A stretch of DNA of 29,261 bases, from contig JAQBHB010000027.1 in assembly GCA_032128115.1 (NCBI GenBank), forward strand, positions 1-29,261. Direction: 5' to 3'. A program made the position numbers and the translations under genes. A model generated the notes under the pieces. It had not been told where the DNA came from and did not search any database. It saw only the letters and a list, made by a program, of their open reading frames with translations. Every line of letters begins with the position of its first letter. Position 1 is the first letter of the stretch. The DNA is from Deltaproteobacteria bacterium (GTDB lineage: Bacteria > Myxococcota_A > UBA9160 > SMWR01). Of the stretch, positions 1 to 7,571 are shown one piece after another.

Positions 1-135
1 CAAGAAGCCGATGCAGGCCTTGGTCGCGGTGATGCGAAAGCTGCTTCACGCCATCCACGGCATGTTTCAATACGATGCCGACTTCGATGGAACAAAATTC
101 TTCGCCCAAACCTCTTGACTGGGAATTGAGTATCT
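1..135 (+). mobile_element. Right end of an IS110-family element
   Basis: The transposase stop overlaps TTGACT (115-120, -35-like). The short end terminates in ...AGTATCT (CT core-like dinucleotide at 134-135), resembling IS110 right ends; no terminal IR, as expected. Confidence 0.65.
2..118 (+). CDS. IS110-family transposase, C-terminal end (partial at window edge)
   Basis: Frame from 2 reads KKPMQALVAVMRKLLHAIHGMFQYDADFDGTKFFAQTS*; 'A.vA.mRKLl' is the typical IS110 C-terminal helix. Not in the ORF track. Confidence 0.85.
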   Translation, partial: KKPMQALVAVMRKLLHAIHGMFQYDADFDGTKFFAQTS

Positions 136-217
136 AACGGACTGGGCGCACAGCTGCCGATCAGTCGCCGCCTCTGCGTGAGCAGCGCCATCCAAAGGAG
201 ATAGACAGCAAGCGACT
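132..217 (+). other. Truncated attC-like site (R'' arm and inner stem only)
   Basis: ATCTAAC-GGACTGGGCGCA-CAGCTGCCG resembles the R''/L'' arm of integron attC sites. AGTCGC (163-168) can pair with GCGACT (212-217). The complementary L'/R' arm is absent, with the stop codon of the next gene in its place. Confidence 0.45.
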
Positions 218-1093
218 TCATCCCCGCGGACGCCTTTGGCGAGCTGGTCCTTTCGAGGGCGGCTTTGGGCTGACCGCAATATTCACATGCCGATAGGTGA
301 CGTTACCCCTTCGTTCTTCTGGCGGGGGAACGATTACTTCCTCTGATACCAGAACGACGTACCGATGTGTGGCCAACTCGATTCCAGCAAGCACTCCCGA
401 AGAATATCTCTCGGCTTGATCTACGGCCTCGACAGCCTTTCTACCAAGATCAGCGGTATCCTTTGCCCGCTTCCACTCCGTCAGGACCAACGCAGATGCC
501 GTAGCCTCGGGCTCAGCCGTGTCCAGCAGTCGTTCACCAAATACAAGGTCGGTCCGCTCGCCTTCTGCACTCACCTTAAATGCCCAGATGCCATGGGAGA
601 GCAAGTGTACGGCCCCGAGCTGCTCGCATGCCGTCTCGCCCTCGCGAAATGCCCGTTTCCATCGCCCGCGACAGTCGGCATCAGCGACAATTGCTCGTTG
701 GAGGTGAACGAATGCGCGCTCGGACAGCACGCGAGCGACTGCGGATAAGTCGGCGGCGTGGTAGTCAAATTCGGTACGCAGCGCCGCGAGAGCCGTGAGC
801 CTAATCTGGATACCTGCCAACGCATCAATCTTCCCAGTTGTGAAGTACATCCGACTGGCTCCAAGGAACCGCTCAAGCGTCGATCGCGCCGTTTCTGGAA
901 GGATCGACGCATAGTTTCGATGGAACTCCTCGATCGCAGAGAAAACTTCAGCTGCTTGAGGCACCAGGTGCTTTTCTGCGGCGCCATAGGGATCGGCCGT
1001 GCGCGGCCCCAGGCTTTGAAGGTAGAACTGTCCAGCCCCAAGTAGCCCAGCGATCCACGCCGAAATCGAGCTCCATTCAGTGCGCCAGGTCAT
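218..1093 (-). CDS. Hypothetical protein with C-terminal PD-(D/E)XK restriction-endonuclease-like domain (291 aa)
   Basis: Start moved to ATG 1093 (MTWRTEW...) because the upstream part of ORF 218..1543 overlaps another gene. Motifs E...GERTDLVF...VLTEWK...EAVDQAERY fit D-(E)xK plus QxxxY. Confidence 0.7.
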   Translation of the reverse strand: MTWRTEWSSISAWIAGLLGAGQFYLQSLGPRTADPYGAAEKHLVPQAAEVFSAIEEFHRNYASILPETARSTLERFLGASRMYFTTGKIDALAGIQIRLTALAALRTEFDYHAADLSAVARVLSERAFVHLQRAIVADADCRGRWKRAFREGETACEQLGAVHLLSHGIWAFKVSAEGERTDLVFGERLLDTAEPEATASALVLTEWKRAKDTADLGRKAVEAVDQAERYSSGVLAGIELATHRYVVLVSEEVIVPPPEERRGNVTYRHVNIAVSPKPPSKGPARQRRPRG

Positions 1094-1137
1094 TGCCTGA
1101 CTGAGTGTAGGTCTGAATTGGGACACGAAGCCAGTCC

Positions 1138-1169
1138 CGAAACGACGACGCCCCGTAAAAGCGGGGCGT
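1138..1169 (-). terminator. Hairpin/terminator-like element, related copy at 2079-2109
   Basis: Minus strand ACGCCCCG-CTTTTA-CGGGGCGT followed by CGTCGTTTCG, downstream of the Cys-rich gene. Confidence 0.4.
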
Positions 1170-1238
1170 ATCGGAGCGTTGAATGCGAGAATGCTGTTCA
1201 GATTCCGGGTCGGGCCACTCGCCACCGGGTCCACCAAG

Positions 1239-1865
1239 TTAGAAAAACTCGCAGGCGCGTTCCCCAGCACGGCATGCGTCTTCGCATTCCCCCCCAGCGT
1301 CGATGGGGTCACCTGAATAATGTTCGTATACCTCGGACGGACAATCGTTGCGGCAAACACGCTTGAACTCGTAGCACTGGTCATCTTCGCCCTCGTCGTC
1401 GCAGTAGCGACGCCCCCGGGAGCACGCTGCCTCGCAGGCGCTTGGGTAATCGGTGCGACTTGAGTCAACGTAATCACCCGTCTCGTAGTTGTAGAGCGAG
1501 ACCCCATCACAGTTCGAGCTGCAGCGATTGTATGCTGCATCACATGGAGTGTGTTCGGTCATTCGTCTGAGCATGTGTGCTTGCAACCACTTCTGTTGCT
1601 GCGCTTCCCGCTGAGCCTTTTCGACAGCAGTCATTTCAACGCACCCGGTTCCTGATCCCTTGTAGCCATCAATGCAGGTCCAGCCGTGCCCTGTGGCATC
1701 GATCTTGGCGTGCTCGGGCACCGCGACAGCGACGCACCCGTGGCCGGCCTGACGAAAGCCCCATTCACAGGGCTGGCCATTCGCTGGATGTACGGACACG
1801 AGAATCGGTGCCGCGATCGAAAACATCAGGGAGACTCGCATCATCGTTGCCAGGCAACTCGCCAT
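1239..1865 (-). CDS. Secreted cysteine-rich hypothetical protein
   Basis: Hydrophobic N-terminus with 16 Cys after it; N-terminal C..GF....GC / WTC.DGY....GC repeats; two C-terminal C-x6-C-x3-C...C-x3-C-x6-C repeats. Start may be 1844 or 1841. Confidence 0.75.
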   Translation of the reverse strand: MASCLATMMRVSLMFSIAAPILVSVHPANGQPCEWGFRQAGHGCVAVAVPEHAKIDATGHGWTCIDGYKGSGTGCVEMTAVEKAQREAQQQKWLQAHMLRRMTEHTPCDAAYNRCSSNCDGVSLYNYETGDYVDSSRTDYPSACEAACSRGRRYCDDEGEDDQCYEFKRVCRNDCPSEVYEHYSGDPIDAGGECEDACRAGERACEFF

Positions 1866-2047
1866 CCACGGTAAGCCATCGTGCCTAACACCATAAGGCG
1901 GCGGCCGAGAAAATACCCGAGCCGAGAGTCAGAGTCCTTTTGACCCGACGCCTGGGGCCCATATCCCCCGGAGCCTCGCGCGCGGCTTCCCTTTTCGTTC
2001 TCTCAGGCGCGGGCCAGCCGGTGGGGTCCACGGCCCGTTACGCCGGC

Positions 2048-2075
2048 CATGGGGCCCGTCGGGGGGGAGGGGGGT
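2048..2075 (+). repeat. G-tract direct repeat, copy 1
   Basis: CATGGGGCCCGTC-G7-A-G6-T; copy 2 at 3542-3572. Confidence 0.75.
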
Positions 2076-2116
2076 CCTCGAAACGACGACACCCGCCGAA
2101 GCGGGACGTGCCGGGG

Positions 2117-3187
2117 TTAGTTTCGGCTACTGGATGACCGCGACCTGCGGCTCCGCCCCACCGCTACGGCAGCGAGGCCTGAGGCGAGAAGCAGCGCGGT
2201 GGAGGGCTCGGGGACTGGCACGACAGCGACACCAAGCGGGTCAACGAAGTTCGCGCCACTACCGACCCCCAACGAAGACAGCAGCGTTCGATCCCCCGTA
2301 AGAGGGTCTACTCGCCAGAGGCTCCCAGGAGACAGGGCGTCTCCAACGAGGATGCTCCCGTCTTTCTCGATTGCAGCTCCGCGTGGCGCATGAATTGTTT
2401 CGCCTTCGCCAACGGATGGCGAGGAGATGATCGAACGCGCACCAGTAACGGGATCAACTCGAAACAGAGCTTTGAGGGCGGAACCGTCCGTCACGATGAG
2501 GTCGCCGTTGAGTTCCATGGCGATTCCATGTATCGAGCCAAAGTCTGGGCCGCCTCCGACACCGCTCGAAGAGATGACCGTTCGATTGCCAGTCAGAATT
2601 TCTACTCGGATCACCGACTTCGTTCCGCCATCAGCGACGAGAATGTCACCGGCTGGATCAAGTACGAGATCGAGGGGAACGTCGAATATGGCCCCGAGCC
2701 CAACGCCCGCCGATGATACGATTGTTCGGTCGCCGGTAGCCGTGTCGATTGATAGCAGGGCGTCGATCGCATTATCGGCGACGTAGAGGGTGCCATTAGC
2801 CTTGACAGCAATTCCTTGAGGTGAATCGAGAGCTGGTCCGGCACCTACCGCCGACGAGGAAAGGATCGTCCGATCGCCAGTTGACAGACTGACTCGGACG
2901 ATCGCATCCAAGCCGTCGTCCACCACAAGCAGACTGCCATCGAGCGCGAGAGCTACTCGTTGGGCCGATTGGAACCCTGGCCCGTCGCCAACAAATGAGG
3001 AGCATGATGCGTTCGCACAGCCAGAAACCACGGTGCGATCACCGGTCAACGGGTCAACACGAAAGAGTGCGTCGGCGTTAACATCGACGACAAGAATGTC
3101 GCCTGGCAGGAGCGGTAGCGCGCTGGCGGGTGCGGACCAGCCTGCCCAGGCAGCGCAGAGCAACAGAGCGAGTATCGAGCGTCTCAC
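2117..3187 (-). CDS. PEP-CTERM-sorted secreted beta-propeller repeat protein
   Basis: Signal peptide; about six repeats of 'P.G.A....G.LLV.D....AL.RVD..TG.RT..SS..VG.G'; C-terminal VPEPSTALLLASGL...RSRRSR exosortase signal; GAAGGGGGA RBS before GTG. Confidence 0.9.
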   Translation of the reverse strand: MRRSILALLLCAAWAGWSAPASALPLLPGDILVVDVNADALFRVDPLTGDRTVVSGCANASCSSFVGDGPGFQSAQRVALALDGSLLVVDDGLDAIVRVSLSTGDRTILSSSAVGAGPALDSPQGIAVKANGTLYVADNAIDALLSIDTATGDRTIVSSAGVGLGAIFDVPLDLVLDPAGDILVADGGTKSVIRVEILTGNRTVISSSGVGGGPDFGSIHGIAMELNGDLIVTDGSALKALFRVDPVTGARSIISSPSVGEGETIHAPRGAAIEKDGSILVGDALSPGSLWRVDPLTGDRTLLSSLGVGSGANFVDPLGVAVVPVPEPSTALLLASGLAAVAVGRSRRSRSSSSRN

Positions 3188-3541
3188 GGAATCCCCCTTC
3201 CCGTCCGGCGACGGCGCTCATGTCCTGAGCTGCACGTCCCGGGCGGTATGTCGTTAAGCCAGCGGTATCTTGCGGGGGACAGCCTTGCTGGCGGTCGGCT
3301 TCCGGCACTCGAGAAGCAAAGGGAAGAGCGACCGCTCGCAGCAGTCCCCTTCCCTGGGCCCCTCTTACGCGCCCGCGCGTGTCGGGTCAAGCCTCCATTG
3401 GGATGATTCCCCGTGGGGGCTCGCGCGCGTAGGTCAGGTCTTAATTTCTTGGATGGCGCGCGCGCAGGCCCTTTTACGCTCTCGGGCGCGACGATCCCTG
3501 GTGCGGAGGCGCGGAGGGGCCCGGTCCCGGGGGTGGTAACG

Positions 3542-3572
3542 CATTGGGACCCGTCGGGGGGGAGGGGGGGGT
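3542..3572 (+). repeat. G-tract direct repeat, copy 2
   Basis: CATTGGGACCCGTC-G7-A-G8-T. Confidence 0.75.
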
Positions 3573-3645
3573 GCCCCGCCAGGGTGCCGTCTGCCGTCTC
3601 CGGTGCCGCGATATGCCGCTGCTCTCCGGTCACGAGTTTGTGTTC

Positions 3646-4260
3646 CTACAACTTCCACTCCCGCGCCTTCATCGCATCGACAACATTCTGGGGAGCCACG
3701 TGAGCCAGATAGCGGCTTGTCGTAGCCAGTGAGCTGTGGCCGAGCTGCGCCTGGATCACGTTCATCGGGACGCCCTCACGGGCCAATTCTGCTGCGTGGG
3801 TGTGACGCAGCCCATGCGGGTGTACGCGTTTCTCGATGCCAGCCTTTGCTGCGATTCGTTTGACAGCGTGCCGGACGTAGGAGGAATCGACGGGTCGGCC
3901 GTCGAGGGTGCAGAAGAGCGGGGCGTTCCGCTTGATCCCGACCGCCTTTCGCTTTTCAAGCCAACGTTCGACGAGAGCGAAAGCACCGGCGTCAAGGTCG
4001 ACCGTGCGGGCGCGGTCGCCTTTGCCGTGCAGAATGCGCACTGTGCCGTGCTTGCGGTCCACGTCCTTGGGTTCGAGCGCCAGCGCTTCTGAGACGCGAA
4101 GGCCCCCGCGGTAGAGCACCGCGAGGAGCGCGGCGTTGCGAACGCCCGTTGGTGCGCGGCGGGAGCAGGCCAGGAGAAGGGTCCGGGCCTCGTCGGGGGT
4201 TAGGGGCTCCGGGGGCAGCTTCTTGCCCGCGTTGGCAGGGCGGGGGGCGGATTGGGCCAT
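3646..4260 (-). CDS. Tyrosine recombinase, catalytic domain only (204 aa)
   Basis: GLRVSEAL (R), HGKGDRAR (K), HPHGLRH (HxxR), LGHSS (H), TTSRY (Y); AAGGAG RBS before ATG 4260; no N-terminal core-binding domain. Confidence 0.93.
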   Translation of the reverse strand: MAQSAPRPANAGKKLPPEPLTPDEARTLLLACSRRAPTGVRNAALLAVLYRGGLRVSEALALEPKDVDRKHGTVRILHGKGDRARTVDLDAGAFALVERWLEKRKAVGIKRNAPLFCTLDGRPVDSSYVRHAVKRIAAKAGIEKRVHPHGLRHTHAAELAREGVPMNVIQAQLGHSSLATTSRYLAHVAPQNVVDAMKAREWKL

Positions 4261-4270
4261 GGATGCTCCT

Positions 4271-4302
4271 TTAGTCACGCTTCTAAATAAAAGCGTGACT
4301 AA
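4271..4302. other. Putative recombinase binding/crossover site: 12-bp perfect IR with 8-bp spacer
   Basis: TTAGTCACGCTT-ctaaataa-AAGCGTGACTAA, 10 nt upstream of the recombinase start. AAAAGCGTGACTA (4289-4301) recurs exactly at 5217-5229. Confidence 0.7.
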
Positions 4303-4307
4303 TACTA

Positions 4308-5192
4308 GAAGCTATCTCATAAATGCCGCAACAGAATGCAGAGGCACCCAAGGTGGATGAAGCCTTGGAAGTTCTCGGCGTGCCGTTCGTATCGGGTGAC
4401 GATTCTTCGGAAGTTTTGGAGCCATGCGAACAGGCGTTCGACCTTCCATCGACGTACGTAGCGGCGGAGCGGGCGACCATCTTGGGTCTTCGTCTTCCGA
4501 TTCGACCGGTGCGGGGCAATCAGTTCAACCCGCCGTTCTTTCCACAGCTTTTGGTCCAGTGCGTCGCTTTCATAGGCCTTGTCCCCGATCAATCGATCGG
4601 GGGCCACCCGGAGGAATCCCGCGTCGATCGTTTCTTCGACGAGTTTGACCTCAGCTGGCGAAGCACTTGAGATCCAGGCGGCGATAGGAAGACCAGAGCG
4701 GTCTGCAATGGCCATGATCTTGGTCCCCTTGCCTTTCTTGGTCTTCCCGACGGCAGAGCCCCCTTTTTGGCCCCTGAAAAGGTGCCGTCGATGAACGCCT
4801 CCGTGACATCAATCTGCCCGCGTCTATAGAGATGGCGGGCAAGGGCATGCAGAACCCTTTCCAGGGTTCCGTCCCGACACCACTGCTGAAATCTTCGGTG
4901 ACAGGTTTGATAGGGCGGATACCGGCCCGGAAGATCTTTCCAAGGGGCTCCCGTGCGGAGAATCCACAAGATGCCGTCCAGCACATCACGTGGATCGCGC
5001 CATGGCCGACCCCGGCCATCCGGTCGTTGCTTTGGCTTCGGAAGAAGCGGCTGGACGAACTCCCACTGTTCTTCGGTGAGATCCACGCAATCCCCTTGCG
5101 CGGGGGGTCGGTGACTACAGCGAGGGAGTTCGTGCTGCGTGGATCAGAATAGCGTATGCCGAAATGCTCAACGGCATTTATGAGATAGCTTC
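4308..5192 (-). mobile_element. Complete IS5-family element (IS427-like, two ORFs), 885 bp
   Basis: Perfect 21-bp terminal IRs GAAGCTATCTCATAAATGCCG (4308-4328) / CGGCATTTATGAGATAGCTTC (5172-5192), flanked by TA on both sides. Confidence 0.93.
4317..5086 (-). CDS. IS5-family transposase, OrfA (4589..5086) + OrfB (4317..~4765) joined by probable -1 frameshift
   Basis: OrfA: LTEEQW...[17 protein letters not shown]...TCHRRFQQW...IDGT. OrfB: GDKAYESD...[22 protein letters not shown]. Slippery AAAAAGGGGG at 4759-4768. Confidence 0.9.
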
Positions 5193-5269
5193 TACACACA
5201 AGAGCACCTAGTTTGCAAAAGCGTGACTATTTCTCACCTGCGCGGTGCGTCAGCTTCTATTCCCGCGTT

Positions 5270-5324
5270 CGCATCACGCGATAACGAGGGCCCGTACTAG
5301 AGGCCCTCGTTGTCGGGTGATGCG
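5270..5324. repeat. Long inverted repeat (23-bp arms, 9-nt loop)
   Basis: CGCATCACGCGATAACGAGGGCC-cgtactaga-GGCCCTCGTTGTCGGGTGATGCG, 21/23 complementary. Confidence 0.8.
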
Positions 5325-5349
5325 CTGGCCCGCGACCTGAACCCTGCAC

Positions 5350-5378
5350 GCTGAATCTAGGTTCAAGGTTGCTACTCT
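5350..5378 (+). promoter_or_regulatory. Degenerate MerR operator and -10 upstream of merR (autoregulation)
   Basis: GCTGAATC-TA-GGTTCAAG (5350-5367) resembles the dyad at 5823-5840; TACTCT at 5373-5378. Confidence 0.55.
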
Positions 5379-5387
5379 GTCGGAACG

Positions 5388-5795
5388 ATGAGCGCCCGGC
5401 TCACCATCGGGGAACTCGCGAAGGCGGCGGACGTGCCCGCCTCGACAGTCCGCTACTACGAGCGCACCGGGCTTCTCCGGCGGCCGCCTCGCAGCGCGTC
5501 GAACTACCGCCTCTACGGCGAGGAAGACGTGTACCGCGTGCGATTCATCAAGGCCGCCCAGGCGACGGGATTCGCGCTGGAGGATGTGGCGGAGCTGCTC
5601 AAGCCGTCGTCGTGTAGCAAGGTCCAACGGCGCATCGAGGACCGGCTGGAGGAGGTGTCGGCGCGGATGAAGGATCTGCGACACGTCCAGCGAGTGCTCA
5701 AGGCAGCGCTCACGACTTGCCAGGATCACGAGCCGACCGGGCGCTGCGGTGTCATCGACACCCTCAGCGCCTCCGCACGCTCTAAGCAGCCGTAG
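5388..5795 (+). CDS. merR: MerR-family Hg(II)-responsive regulator
   Basis: LTIGELAK...TVRYYER.GLL HTH; three Cys in MerR positions (SSC...TTC-x8-C); directly upstream of merF/merA. Confidence 0.85.
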   Translation: MSARLTIGELAKAADVPASTVRYYERTGLLRRPPRSASNYRLYGEEDVYRVRFIKAAQATGFALEDVAELLKPSSCSKVQRRIEDRLEEVSARMKDLRHVQRVLKAALTTCQDHEPTGRCGVIDTLSASARSKQP

Positions 5796-5817
5796 CCAGG
5801 GCACTTTTCGGCCCCCC

Positions 5818-5849
5818 TTGACCTTGAACCTGGGTTCAAGCCCTATCTT
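5818..5849 (+). promoter_or_regulatory. MerR-type promoter of the mer operon
   Basis: TTGACC - 20 bp - TATCTT, with perfect dyad CTTGAACC-TG-GGTTCAAG (5823-5840) across the spacer. Confidence 0.8.
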
Positions 5850-5891
5850 CTGGTGGAGCTTCGGTGGATCGGGGTGAGACGGGAGAGGCCG

Positions 5892-6128
5892 GTGGACGAT
5901 CGCAAGCTACTGGGAGTCGGGCTGGTGGGTGCCGTGGTCGCGGCGCTGTGCTGCTTCGCGCCGGTCCTCGTCGTCCTGTTGACGACAGTCGGGCTCTCTG
6001 CGCTCGTCGGCTGGCTGGATTACGTCCTGCTTCCGGCGCTGGCGATCTTCGTGGCGCTCACGGTGTATGCGTTGTTCCGTCATCGGCGAGCCCACACCCA
6101 GGGCAGAGGTATTCAGAATCATGGCTGA
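5892..6128 (+). CDS. merF: Mercury transport protein MerF
   Basis: ALCCFAPVLVVLL..VGLSALVGWLDYVLLPALAIF matches the MerF signature; GGGAGAGG RBS before GTG 5892. Confidence 0.92.
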   Translation: MDDRKLLGVGLVGAVVAALCCFAPVLVVLLTTVGLSALVGWLDYVLLPALAIFVALTVYALFRHRRAHTQGRGIQNHG

Positions 6129-7569
6129 CGAGCGCCCCACTGACTGCTGTTCAACCGGCGACAGCGGAGACGGAACGTTCGACCTCGCGATCCTTGGCGG
6201 GGGCTCGGCGGCCTTCTCAGCCGCGCGCCGCGCATCTGATCTGGGTGCGCACGTTCTGATGGTCAATGAAGGCGCAATCGGCGGTACCTGTGTGAACGTG
6301 GGCTGCGTACCCTCGAAGACGCTGATCCGCGCGGCGGAGAATCATCATCAGCATGGGGTCTCCCGCTTTCGTGGCCTCAAGGCGGACGCCGGGCGGCTGG
6401 ATTTCGGCGAGCTGGTGCGCGAGAAAGATGAACTCGTCGCGGGACTCCAGCAGGCGAAGTACACAGACATACTCAAAGACTTGCCGAACGTCCGTTTCGT
6501 CGCGAGCCGGGGGCGAGTCGTCGGAACCCATGAGATCGAGGTCGAGGGTCAGACCTACAGGGCGGACAGGTTCCTGATCGCTACTGGTACGCGCCCCGCA
6601 CTGCCCTCTGTTCCAGGGCTTTCGCACCCGGATGTATGGGACAGCACTCGGGCTCTCGAAGCCACGGCCGTTCCCAAGCGTCTGATCGTTCTCGGGGGCC
6701 GCTACATCGCCCTTGAGTTGGGACAGATGTTCGCGCGGCTCGGGAGCAAGGTGACCCTCGTCCAGCGAAGCGAGCAGATTCTCCCGGATGAGGACGCCGA
6801 TGTAGCGTCGGCGCTGGCGGAGTACCTGGGACAGGAAGGCATCCAAGTCTTGGCGCGCCGCCAAGTTGCGGCGGTCGTCCGCGAAGAAGACGCCTTCCTT
6901 GTGGAGGTGGAGAAGAACGGGGGGACGGAGACGCTGGAAGCCGACGCCGTAATCGCCGCGTTGGGCCGTACACCGAACACCGGGGGCTTCGGGCTAGCCG
7001 AGATCGGCGTCGAGCTTGGCGACGCGGGTACGATCGCAGTGGGGGAAGACCTCCAGACGAATGTGCCGGGCATCTACGCAGCGGGCGACGTGATCGGAGA
7101 GCCCGCCTACGTCTACGCCGCAGCATACGAGGGTGCCCTGGCTGCCGAGAACGCGCTCGCCGGAGCCGCCACCGCGCGCGACTACACGGCGATCCCGTGG
7201 GTCATCTTCACCGATCCGCAGGTTGCCGGGGTTGGCCTCAATGAGCGTCAGGCCGCCGAGGCCGGGATCGAGGTGGATGTTTCCGTGCTTCCGCTCGATC
7301 AGGTCCCCCGCGCACTGGCTGCGCGCGACACGCGCGGCTTCGTCAAGCTGCTTCGAGCGCACGGAGAAGACCGTCTCGTGGGCGCGCGCGTACTCGCTCC
7401 CGAGGGCGGAGAGCAGATTATGGAGGCGAGCCTGATGGTGAAGTTCGGGCTCCCGATCTCGGAGGTCGCCCGGCACTTCCATCCATACCTCACGCAAGGC
7501 GAGGCCATGAAGCTCGCGGCACTCGGCCTGGACCGCGATGTGAAGACACTCTCGTGCTGTGCGAGCTGA
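6121..7569 (+). CDS. merA: Mercuric reductase, lacking the NmerA domain
   Basis: GGGSAAF FAD motif, GGTCVNVGCVPSK redox dithiol, HPYLT and C-terminal LSCCAS cysteine pair; ATG 6121. Confidence 0.95.
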   Translation: MADERPTDCCSTGDSGDGTFDLAILGGGSAAFSAARRASDLGAHVLMVNEGAIGGTCVNVGCVPSKTLIRAAENHHQHGVSRFRGLKADAGRLDFGELVREKDELVAGLQQAKYTDILKDLPNVRFVASRGRVVGTHEIEVEGQTYRADRFLIATGTRPALPSVPGLSHPDVWDSTRALEATAVPKRLIVLGGRYIALELGQMFARLGSKVTLVQRSEQILPDEDADVASALAEYLGQEGIQVLARRQVAAVVREEDAFLVEVEKNGGTETLEADAVIAALGRTPNTGGFGLAEIGVELGDAGTIAVGEDLQTNVPGIYAAGDVIGEPAYVYAAAYEGALAAENALAGAATARDYTAIPWVIFTDPQVAGVGLNERQAAEAGIEVDVSVLPLDQVPRALAARDTRGFVKLLRAHGEDRLVGARVLAPEGGEQIMEASLMVKFGLPISEVARHFHPYLTQGEAMKLAALGLDRDVKTLSCCAS

Positions 7570-7571
7570 GA

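Noticed and set aside
1205..1236. tRNA/tmRNA-like 3' end (CCGGGTCCACCA)
   Set aside because: No TTCGA T-loop or T-stem; too short to support.
1094..1543. N-terminal 150-aa extension of ORF 218..1543
   Set aside because: Overlaps the Cys-rich gene on the same strand in another frame and crosses a hairpin; low-complexity T/R-rich translation.
3646..4260. Integron integrase or XerC/XerD call
   Set aside because: Too short, no N-terminal domain and no IntI-specific insertion visible.
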